Below, one piece after another: positions 50,086-61,760 of a stretch of 64,000 bases of DNA. How positions within the stretch are numbered: the first letter of the stretch is position 1; each line of letters begins with the position of its first letter. The notes beneath the pieces are model-generated. The model saw only the letters and a program-made list of their open reading frames with translations, was not told the origin of the DNA and ran no database searches. Source of the DNA: Takakia lepidozioides (taxonomy: Eukaryota; Plantae; Bryophyta); NCBI GenBank assembly GCA_030704615.1, contig CM060731.1:81592001-81656000 (forward strand). Direction: 5' to 3'. The position numbers and the translations under genes were made by a program.

Positions 50086-52612
50086 GTATTACAACATACC
50101 CATGACTTTTAGATAGCCATACTATCGGGCAGCAAGCTATATCGATCCTGATTTTATCCCAATAAATAAATGCTAGAGCTAACGACTTATTTCATTATAT
50201 ATTTTCTTATAAATGGGGGCCGTCAGAAATTTATTAAATATTTAAAAAAATCAGGACCGTTAGAGCTGAGGGTCCCGATTTATTAGTTATTTTCTTGAAC
50301 ATTCAGGACCGCTAGAGGTGGCGCCGGGCGGTCCTGAATTATTAAATATTTTTATCAAGAAATCGATCTTTTCAAAAACCATAGTTGTAAGTAAACTCCT
50401 TCAAGAGTTTCTTATGAGACAACGTCCAATCCATTTCTAGAATCAACGCCTCCATATCCATCATGGCTATGAATTTCCTGGTCTGCCTTAGCTTCTCTCA
50501 AGTTTCAACATTGGGAAGTGCATCTCCCTATCACGTTTGGTCACCATGATTTTTGTTGTTGCAAGCCCTACGTAGGTTAATAGTAAGGTATCCTGGAGCA
50601 AGAATGCACTATCTGGTGGCACAAGTAAAGAGGTGCGTGGAAAAAAGTCTGGAGTTTATAGATAATCACAAAGTATAGTTGGTATGACACTTGATTCTTC
50701 TTTTCTTTTCAGAATCAGGTGTCATACCTGAATTTTTTGTTTGACAATTCACATGGTTTAGGGAGTGCACATCAGATGGGTTGAATCATTTACAATGTGA
50801 ATTCATTACCAGTGCACATTGTGTCACCCGAGTGTTTTGGGGCTCAAATATTGCTACTTTGTTTTGATGAGGTGTCTCATATATGCTTCAGGGCTCATAT
50901 GAAAGAGGGTTATTTCTTCAAACCCCCTCCCTAAAGGTTGTGAAGTGTGAGCTATTACTTAGGTCTCTTTTCAGGGAAGAAAATTATCCAAATTGTATGC
51001 GTACGGAGACCACCAAAATAAATCTCCTTCATTAATTTTTTGTTCCTTAGCCAAAAACATAATTAGGAAAACCCCGGGCAGGTGTTTCTCAAATCATGGA
51101 ACATTATCTCAAGGGAACCTTATCCTCAGTAAAAGACCTGTCATTCCTCGCTTAGCTCGCACACACGGGTCTCCAACAAAGGGAAAGAGTTGCAAAATTG
51201 GAAGATATTCCCAAATTTTGGAGATAATCAAACTAGTGTTGGGTTGTTCTTATATTTGTGATTGAACCGTTGGTTCTGGTTCAACAATTATTTCAAGAGA
51301 GTGTCGGATCTGATTTTTGATATTATGCGACCTCCGTCACTTCGGTTTTCTGGATATATTAGTAAAAACAAATTAGAGTAAAAAAGGTGTCACTTCAGCA
51401 GTCACGGTGACAGGGACAGGTAAGTAATGAAAAAAGAAATAATATGCGACCGTCAATATTCATACGGTCGCATATTTATACCGGTTGCATGTAATTCATA
51501 AATACAAAAAATAGGTGTGACCGCCATGAATTAGCGGTCGCACGTTTTAGAAAAAAAACAAATAGATGCAACCGCCAATACTAGAAGGTCACATGCCACA
51601 GACTTCTTATAGAAGAATGTGATCAACCTGCTGTAAATATAAACAACATTCAGTCAGAATTCATGTGTTTCCGACAACCTAAGAGTGATAGAATCACATG
51701 GCAAAAATATACAAAAATATACACCAATGGAAACGTAAAAATGTGATCCTGGACTAAGTTTTCAGCTTGCACATGCAAGCTCTTTGGATTTTAGGGGCCA
51801 ACCAATTGAATGGGGTAGTAGATTGATAAAACCATGAAACAGGTGGTAACACTTTCTTAGAGATGAAGTCGATGGATGTGTTGGTTTAAAAGCACAAATG
51901 TATTTACACCATCACCACTCCGCCTGAATGGATTTCATCCAACATTTGCCCATAGCCTCCCAACTTCATACGGAATTGGAGACTCGTCCTATTGAAATTT
52001 GCCCATAGCTACACTAAATCACAATGCAAAATTTGTAATCCTTCGCACACCAGGGCAAGACCCACCTTTGGGGCAATTGAGAGCCATTCTGATGAGCACT
52101 TGGTCCACAGTGGATCCAAGCTAGGTGAAGGGGGTTCTATACGGAAGGTGGTCATGATAACCTCCTCTTCTGAACAGCTCCACGTCCATTTGTGACTTGA
52201 TAGACCATGGCTTGCAGGCAAAAACAATTTGCCACAACAGGAACCTCTCATGGTGGAGTTTTGAAGATCTTCTCAGCCAATGCTGATATTAGCTGGAGCT
52301 TGGTTGCACCTTGAAGATAGTCTTGAGGACACATAAGGTGTTCTCCGTATTGGTAGCCTTCCTGTGTATACTCTGATAAGAGCATGACCCCTTTTCTATG
52401 ATCTAAAATCTTTCCAAGCCCCAAGGCATTTGCTGCACCCACTCCATGTAGCTAAATATACGTGCCGACAGAACCTATGAGTGTGTCAGAAACACTATGA
52501 GACTTTTAAAGTGCAAAGCTTTAGGGCAAGTATCAAGCCAGGGCCCTGGTGGCCTTTTGGACACATGTAAATTTGCTCTTTGGAATATCTCATCTTTCTT
52601 TGAATTAGTATC

Positions 52613-55600
52613 TTACAGGCTGCACTTCATCTGGCTGGTGTGCCCATACTGGCTACGTAAAGCCCGCCTCATCACTTTGTTGGAGGCAGTTCTAGGAAGC
52701 ATCCGAGTGTGTACCACTGCATTGACCTGCACACAGATATATATATTACTCTCACCAACCCGTGATCGCAATTGACATCGAGTGCCAGGTTTCTGTTCAT
52801 AAAAAGGCCAACTGTCCCTCTCATTTGCATATAGATTCCATGGTCAGGTCTTGCTATATGCATTTTGCTTGTAGCACTTAGGACAGGAGATCTAGACCAT
52901 GTGTCAACATTCCAGTTATATGGGACTTGTGAAAGCACCATGACATACCTTGAACAGCGGATTCAGCTTTGATTGGATGGCCAAATTAAAAACCTTCTTG
53001 AGGTCCTCCAAAGGAACTGCAGCTGCCTCCCCTTTTAGGACTGCAATAACAAGTAGTTGTTCAGGGCCCCCGCCAGTCGGGGGCACTCCAATTGCTGCAG
53101 TCTCTAGCACTGCACTGTGTGCTGCATTGCAAACTCGCTCAATCTCCACTGAGCTTACCTGGGCATTGCATGCAATATACTATATCCATCAGACCTCACA
53201 TCAGCACGAGTGCATACTGGACATGTACAGATATTAGTGTTGGGTTCCATCACCGTTGCATATACACTGTAGGCATACCATAGCCTCCATGAAGAGCGAC
53301 ATGACAGGTATCACAATCATATCAACTGTTTTATTACATCACGGAAAATACACAAACGGCAGCTTGACATGCATGAAGCTCCGTGACTAATTTATGTCAT
53401 TTTACCCATGTGTAAGCAACTGGTGGTAAACTTCAGCTCATCATTCAAACATGGTTAATGTTGGGGTGTCACCTTTATACCACCCAGGTTCATGGTGTCA
53501 TCAACACGGCCAAGTGCACGGTAGAAACCACCCACAGTTCGTTCAAACTCATCCCCATGCCTTCTTAATATCTGAGAGCACAATGTTGTGTCAAAAGCAA
53601 CATTACACAAGTGTGCTAGAGAGGAGGTAGGCACCGGGAGGGAGGGAAGGGCAGACTGTGAGTGAGGAAAAGCGAAAGAAAATAATGACATGCACAGGAG
53701 GCCCAGAGGGTGATAGAACACAGAACATTGTGAGCCGATCCGTCATTCCTGACTTTCTGAAACTACCAAGCAGTAAACACAAAAGCAGACTCACCCAGTT
53801 TGTTTCAGAATGACTGATGAGGGAAGATACAACAGCAAGACCATATGGCTGACAGGTGAGTTTACCTGCTTTATTTATTACATCATCTCTATGTCCTCGA
53901 TCATCACTCAGAGAAGCAAGCCATCCCCAACCAAACACACTGAAGACATGAGAAACCTGCCCAAATATATGGCGTAAACAGCAAGCAAACACTGGGACTT
54001 CAGACTGATGATCAACACCCAAGTCAGGTAGCAACCGCAAAGGTTTGTCAAATCAACGGAACAGGTAGATCAGAAATTAATTGCATCCACGTTTTCAACA
54101 AACTAACACATCTTGAGCATGTCCACCAGTGCAGCTCACCTTTCCTTTATAAAAGGGCATGCCATTGAAGTAGACAGAGAAGTGGTTAGCATTAAGCAAA
54201 GTCATTGAAGCACCCAGCATTGTTGGAACCAATGCACACTCTCCAATGCCTGGCTCCTGTAGTGGCTGCCAAAAAGACATGACCAGCAGTAAGTTCTTTC
54301 TGATCTTTCCAGAAAACTGAATTGTCTTTCTGTCTTTGATTCTTGACCAGATTAATTATTCCAGACTGGTTATCCATCTACTTTCTGTCCACCAAATAAT
54401 GTCTGCAACCAGGAGCATATCATCACTGTTTCCATGCCAAGTCTGTAATTTAGGGGAATGTCAAAGCTGCATTATCCAGCATAAATCTAAGGGCTCAAGT
54501 TGAGGGTTCAAATCCAAAATCCCAATGACATTGTCAGACAACTATTTTAACTGCTGAAGATATTTGCTGGCTGCCAAACTCCTCATGTCACTTAGTGAGA
54601 TCAGCTTGGCAACCCACGAATAGTTGCTCCCTTGCTCACTTAAACCTGTGATACGTCATATTGCAAAACAATGCCATCTTCAACTGCAGTCTATATGAAG
54701 GTCCAGTCAGATTCTACTGGCTTTGGCTTGAATCACAGTTGAGGGAGGGTTTCCAATTGAGGATTGATGGCGAAGAAGGGAGAGCGAGTAGTGGGGGTGG
54801 CAGCCCTGCAGTTTTCCTGCACAGACAATGTCGCACTCAATGTCGAGAAAGCAGAGAGGTGGGTCTCTTCGTGTCGGCGCTTCGTCATATTGGTATATCT
54901 TTTCCATTCTAACTTTCCCTCACATTGTAGCGAAGTGGGTGCTTCTTACACATGCCATCTCAGTAGCATATTACTGCGCTCTGTGATTTTATGTTTTGCT
55001 AACTCCTATTGTCCTAATAATTTGGTGGAAATTGAACAATAGAACTTGTTAAAGCTTAGGCACACATCTTTCTTACAAAAGCGAAGTGTCCAAGATTTCA
55101 TCAGGAACTTACCAGAGGGTGACCACCATCGTCGAGGATGACAATGGTGCAACCCATTGCTGGAGTGCTGAAGGCTGCCAAAGATTGAGTCTGCAGTAAA
55201 GAGCCTGTTGCAAAACCCCCTCCAATTTCTGTCCCCCCACAATACTCTATTACAGGCTTGTAACCAGCCCGTCCCATCAACCACAGGTAATCGTCTACAT
55301 TTGATGCCTCTCCCGTGGAACTGAAGCACCTGTGAGCAACTTCACAAAGTGGTTATGAGGATATTCACGACTCCGGTCAAAAGTGTGGCACCAGTGACAC
55401 GTCTCAAGAATATTTTTATGCAATTGGACATGACACTATCCACTCTTTCAGACCGGCATGCTCTTATTGCGTAGGCATATCTAAAGACCAATCCAGAGAC
55501 TCCCAGCTTCATCTTGATATCTGGCAACACCACAGGTGTGCACCTTGTGATGGAGCACAAGGCATGTACAAGGCGGGCTTTGGGTGCCAAGACAAACTAG

Positions 55601-58600
55601 CCACACATTGCAATGGAACTGCATTCTATAAACCCACAACCAAATGTTCATTTCTTGGGTAGAACATGGAGATTTTTCTAAAGGAGCTTAGTGCTCACCG
55701 CAAATGTGACCAATCAAGGTTGTCAAGAACATTAGAGTTCCTCCAAGCTTTGACGATGCTTGGCACCACTCCCAGCATTGTCACCCTTGCATCCTGGAGA
55801 GACAAAATGCATGCTAGATTATAGCTAAGCAATAACCGAGGAAGCTGATTTTACCATGCCTAGTGTATCACCTCTGACTGGGACTTAACATCAGAAAGCC
55901 CCCCGGCAATGAGGCTACCTGAATAAACGTAGCGAAACCACGTCCCAGTGGGGATCCATTATAAAGTGCAATACAAGCCCGGTTTAAGAGTGCTGCATAG
56001 ATGAGCCATGGGCCCATCATCCAGCCCAGGTTTGTGGGCCATGCAACCACATCCCGATTTCGGATGTCATGGTGTGCCCATGCATCAGCAGCAGCCTTGA
56101 TGGGAGTTGCGTGTGTCCATGGTATGGCTTTTGGTTCTCCTGTCATAGCATGCCAGGGCCAATTTAAGACACAAAACAAAGAGCTTCTGACTCTTTGTAC
56201 ATATTAATCAAGGCAGGACTCTATGCAGAGACTCAATGACAACCACTGCACCTACTTACTGAAAAACCAGCCATCGCCCTCCTAATTTCTGAGCAGAAAA
56301 TGTATTCAACTACATACTGCCCATTTACCCAACCTAGCTTTCAAAATGCAGTAAATGAAGTCCCAAGAGCTTCAGAATTAAGTTCAGAGGGTTTTGAGAC
56401 CAGTGCCTGTGGTGCCTGAGGAGAAGAGAATGTTCGATATGGCCTCCACAGGCACGGCCGCTGCTGTGTAATCATATGGTCTGCTGAACAATATTTGATA
56501 TCAACATACAGAGAAACTCAAAAGAGTATTCTACAACCCCACCTACCAGATTTTTGCTGGAAGACATGAGACATGAACATGCAGACGCATTGAGGAAACT
56601 GAAACTACTCCCATCTGCACCCAACCGACGGGGTTTTAAAAGTGCAGAGTGAGGGAAAAAACTACTGTTCACAACCGCTGATCAGATTCTTCTGGAGTAG
56701 ATGGTTGAGCAATACAGACAATTTTTAGTCCTCGGACTAAGCCCGGACAGTAATGTGGGACAAAGGGACACCACCTATGCAATCCAACAAATAATTTCTG
56801 AAACCTGGAAGACGATGCTCATACACGACAGAAGCAGAAGAGAATGGAAAGGGAGAAGAAAAATGTTTAGAACATCCACAGGGGCCCCAAGGACCCATGG
56901 AGTGGTTAGAATAACAAGAGAGAATGTACTCATAAGACGTTGTTTGCCGTAGCCTTGTGGCCATTGACCCTGCGCCCAGTTTGAGCGGAACACAAAGGGA
57001 CAATAACAAGAGAGAGAGGTACACAAAGCCAGGTTGGTAATCCTCTCGTGGTTTGTAACTCCTGTGTTAGACACATACCTGCTAAGTTGAGCAGCCATAG
57101 CTAGAAAGCTCTCCCAGGACATGTCGCCCTTGCGTAGAGATTTTCCCAAAATGATGCCAGTCCCAGATAGCACAATGGCCATTGGTGCATCGGCCTCTAC
57201 AACGCGACTGGCCCATAGCAATGGCTTTGTAAGTTATGCACATCAGGCTGTGGCCCCAGAATGAAAATCACAGAACAGTCTAATCAACTAGTGAGCTGAA
57301 TTTCCTTTTTGTTCAAGTTATGTTCTGGGGTAAGTGTTCTGTGATTTTATTGTCAGATGCACAATTCCCCCGAACACACTAGCTCCAAAAGAAATTGATC
57401 CTCAAAACAGCTTACCCTCATATGGTTCACACTCTGAAAGAAAGTGCTAGGACTTACGCATACAACGGAAGTGCCTTTTGTCCCCGCAGAATAACGTCCT
57501 GCAACACAACCAACAAACACCTTACAACTCTGATATATTGTGAATTGCAACAATCGAATCCAGTACTACTGTCTGCATTTAGCTTAGTGAAAGTGCACCA
57601 ATTCATATCAACCATGGCACAGAAAAATAATTCTAGATAGAATTGTCCTTACAATACATATCAGCATCCAGTCCAGTATGCGGACATATAGACCATCCTC
57701 AAAAGATCCATGATGAAGTCTGAGTTGCAACCATACAATTTCAACATACATTCCCATTTCTCGTTCTCAAGTGCATGTGCAAACCTGTGTGAAAATGGCC
57801 TTCGCTTTTGAGACTTGCAGACGGCTGGAAATCTCAGAGGGAGCGAAACTGTCCGCTATCGAAACCACGACACAGCCCGCAAGAACAATTGCCAGGTAGA
57901 TGATGACCGCATATACAGACATCGGCATATCAATGGCAATAGCATCTCCCTTACTAAACCCTGCCTGTTGCAACGAGTTTGCAACTTGACTGTGAAGTGA
58001 AAGGAAGCATGATAACTAAGTCAGTCATGTATCTTCAGAACTGTGTCTTCTCGTCTATCTAATTAGACTCCCTCCACTGCCTCTGTCCTGTCCAGAATAG
58101 TTCCCTTTTGTCAATCCATGTTTCATGAGAGAGACACATCAACTAATTAAAACAAAAACTGTCAAGGTTAGCGTTTAGACTGCTCATGGGTTTGGCACTG
58201 CTGTGTCGAATAAATGAGAGACCAAAGTGGTAACTTGGTCACAGACCTGGAATGACAGTCTAGAAGAAACGAAGACATAATTACTGACCCTTTACATAGT
58301 TTAAGCATGGAAATAATCTCCCCTATAGAGATCTGCCTGTAGAATTCCGAGGGTTGAGGGTCTAGGATGAACTGTGCAAAGCTGACTAAGTTTTGCTGCG
58401 TGAGATATCACTGACTTTTCAGTTCTTATATTGATTTGACAGCACAATATTTTGACTTTCCCCCTTCACAAATCCAGTAATCTAAGAGGCACCACAGGAT
58501 CCAGGGTGTACCACACCAATGCTCGAAGCGCAGCAACTGTCAAAGACTTTACTGGACCATCATCGTAGCCTTCGTCCCTCCACACAACTGCCACTTCCTC

Positions 58601-59884
58601 AGCTCTTTCCGGTGAATTGACGTGTAGACAGCATTCAGCCGAATTCATAACAGCCCCAGGCAGCCATCTCCCACCCGGACAAGGCTCCCCCCCCACCTCC
58701 ACCTCTTCAGCATTGAGAATGCACAATGGCCGAATGTGAAAGCAGAGATTGAGCTCCTCCAGAACAATACTCCAATAGATCTACAAAACGGTTCAATAAT
58801 AACTCAGTAGAGAATAGAGAATAGACCTATGTATCTAGACAAATACTACACTCCTGTAATGAGCTTCATTTGATCTCTAATTGGTGAGTGCCGGTCAAGT
58901 ACAATCTATATCAGAAGACTCAAACCAGCTGCGAAAATTCAGGGAAAAGGAAACATTCTTTAAAAAAGAAGAGCTGTTTGATGTTAATTGCACAGAAGAC
59001 TCTCTCTGGACATCAGGGATATGTGGAATTTTCCTACCTCTGGATTCTCCACTGAAAGTTGATGGAATCTATTGAAGCTTGCAACCGGATCCCTGTAGAT
59101 AGGTCCCAAAAGTTCTCGACCACGCTTCTCCATAATGTCACCTACATTTGTGAACTTTGCATCCTCCCTGATTCCACCATGTTGTGAGTTGCTTGAACAC
59201 AATGTAAAGTTGCTAGCTGCAGCATGCCTAATTGGTTCCAATTTGTTGCGTATGTATTGATCGGAGGGACAAAGGCAGAGACTGAGTCCTTAGTAAGAGA
59301 AATGCACAACATGTAAGCAGCACCAAACTGGATGTATGCAGGCGAACTTAATATGTGAGTGTCTATAAATTATACATTTTATTGAATATCCTTTCGGATG
59401 CACTGGGAAGAAGAATTGTATCTCCCTTCCTTCACTCTGGATTTAACTATTTCTTAGGATAAACCGGTCACTGAGACCAAATTCCACACCTATCACAATT
59501 GGTCTTTCTGTTGGCACAGTGGACGAACACTAGAGGGAGAACCGACAGACACATCGATGACTAATTCCGAACCACAATTACTTTTCGAGGTTGGAGAACT
59601 CACAAATCAGGTATCCAAGCAGGCGGTGGCCCGAATTCAGAAGAATTCCAGGTCTTGAAACAAGAGTAGTACAGCAGTTGATGTAGGGCGAACGGATAAT
59701 CAGGTTTTAACAATTCCTGGGAGACTCTTTTCCAGGAAGAATCCTGGCACGGACCAGTCTCCCTTAGAACTCCCACAAGCTCCTGATAGAACGCTTGAGC
59801 TTGCGGATACGGAAGTCCGGCCTCTTCAATGTCGAGCACTGTTAACTCCCATATAGTTTTGTTTGCAGATTTCAATGTCGACAT
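52613..59884 (-). CDS. AAE17: Acyl-activating enzyme 17/18-like (AMP-dependent acyl-CoA synthetase), about 14 exons
   Basis: [10 protein letters not shown]…GPPPAWIP; GGRWLPGA; [10 protein letters not shown]; [10 protein letters not shown]|EPKAIPWTH; [12 protein letters not shown]; FSSTGEAS…[10 protein letters not shown]; LRRHGD…[13 protein letters not shown]; [12 protein letters not shown]…KCSL*. AAE17 versus AAE18 orthology is not resolved. Confidence 0.92.
54767..54858 (+). pseudogene. Isolated exon 1 of N-carbamoylputrescine amidase (nitrilase family), antisense within an AAE intron
   Basis: [31 protein letters not shown] followed by a GT donor; resembles the plant CPA/NLP1 N-terminus. 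No further exons seen. Confidence 0.7.
56926..57000 (-). repeat. LINE 3'-end copy (truncated LINE or SINE tail) in an AAE intron
   Basis: TGTACTCATAAGACGTTGTTTGCCGTAGCCTTGTGGCCATTGACCC… near-identical to 5384-5450. Confidence 0.75.
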
Positions 59885-60530
59885 AATTCCTGGCCTTGTC
59901 ACCACTACTCCCTCACACCTCTCTCCACCTAAGTAAACATCGTCTCTTCAATACTCTTCCTTCCTGCTTAATCGTCCTCTCCCTCCCTCGCTCCCTCCGT
60001 CTTCAACTTAAGCGAGGATTCATACTTGCCACGTTGGTCTCAGACTTGAGTAGATGGATTAGAATCCAGATTAAGTAACTTTTTCAGAATAAGAAGGTAA
60101 GTGTCTCTGGCAGGATTCGAAAGCGGGACCACCCGAGATGCAGTACTAATGATGATGGACATTCATCCAGCACCCCTTTCCCGTTCCGTCCCGTTCAAGC
60201 TGCTAGAGAAGAGGATGAACAACCCGTTGACTGGAACTGGTTAAGACAGGTGAACGGAGACTACGTCACATCCTGCGTAAAATACTGGTACGAAGGCCAC
60301 GGGCTACATCCCGTCAGCCGGTCACAGTATGAAGATTGAGGACATAAAGGTGACCGGTTGTCGAAGGAAGGGCGATGGATGAGGCATGCGGATGTGGGGC
60401 CGGGCGGGGTAGGCCTTCATAGCCCTCTCGTCGGGTCCGGTCGCTTTGCCTCGGGAGCCGAGCAGCGAGGGCCGCTTGCTTCTGTTCCGAGAGTTTGTCT
60501 GTGGAGCTGAAGGCGGTATTGCGTTTGGCA
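59885..60530. promoter_or_regulatory. Putative bidirectional promoter / 5' UTR region
   Basis: About 0.65 kb between divergent start codons of AAE (-) and the PDF-PPR gene (+); CT-rich leader on the AAE side. Confidence 0.4.
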
Positions 60531-61351
60531 ATGCGCAAAGGACGTAGTCCCTTGCAAGTGGTGGCTATAGGGCATCCCAAAGCTTTAGGAATGCCAATGA
60601 GATCAGGTAATTTCTTTTCGGTTTGGCATCGTAGGATGTATCTGGCATGAGCCAATCTAATCCGGTCGACGAAGCAAGAAATAGGCAAGGGGTTATAGTT
60701 GGTATATTTGGCATGTAGGTCAACCCTGGAGCATGCAAGAGCACTGGCATGAGCTCTTTAAAGATCCTTCACAGTGGTGGGACTACAGCGTTGACAAGGT
60801 GAGCTTTCTTTCGAAGGATGTGTCATGAAATGTAGTTTGAGTGACTCTTGGCATGATATTGGTTTGTGAACTGGATTATAGCCCTAGGTGTTGAGCGAAG
60901 TTAGAATCTCGATTTGTCTGCAAAAACTACTCTTACTGTCAAAATGTAGGTTGTTCTTCCTAAGGTGGGCATGCAAGTAGGAAGCGGTCATTTCCCTATA
61001 ATTTACTTGGGAGGGTTTATGGTTGTGGCTTGATTAAACGATGGCTGCTCAGCTGCTGCCTGGTGGTTCTCACAGACCAATCGAAAATCTCCGGACTACC
61101 GACATAAGCAGTGCACGCAAGAGGTACTGAGGATTGAGGGTTGGTTCAATCCTCCTTGGGTGAAAGTAAAGCTAATTGCCATGGTACAACGTCGAGGACA
61201 GTGTAGTTATGGTGGAGTTATATCAAAGTTCGGTTCTGATTCCGGTTTGGATGGTGGAGCTCCCCCAAAACTTGAAGATGAAAGTGAGCATGACACGCAG
61301 ACCCTGATTAGAGAAGGGCAGCCTTGTCATGCTCAAGCTTGTTTAGCATCT
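60531..61351 (+). CDS. Putative 5' exons of the PPR gene encoding an OSB-type PDF motif
   Basis: Exons 60531-60606, 60719-60798 and 61076-61351 splice in phase: …MRSG QPWSMQEHWHELFKDPSQWWDYSVDK|TNRKSPDYRHKQCTQEVLRIEGWFNPPWVKVKL…ACLAS. The true start is uncertain. Confidence 0.65.
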
Positions 61352-61760
61352 GTAAGTTTGACATGTTTGTATGTTCCTCATGTGTTAAATGCAATAGTGC
61401 CCCCGGTGACTTGCATGGATGGTGTCGAAAGTTACACTGGCACTCCATAAAGAAAGCTGTCAAACTGTTGATGCTCTCTGAGTTTCTGGTACGAAGGGCA
61501 TCCATGGAGCATTGAACAGTGCTGGGCAGGAGCTCTGTAAAGCTCCTTCACAATGGTGCGATGTGTGATTCTTTTTCATATTGAATTTCGTCTTTGAAAC
61601 TTAGGGTGGTTTCTCAACTGAGACAAATGAGTTGGTATAGTTCTTCAAAGTAGATGACTCGAGTAGTTTTGTAACCATATGAAGATAGGCACTTGTACTA
61701 GAGTGTCTAGGAGCTTTAAGATATTTCATGTGAGTTTGAGCTTGACTAGAAATTTGGGCT

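Noticed and set aside
51992-52442. Short ORFs downstream of AAE
   Set aside because: No motifs or splice support; likely UTR or intergenic.
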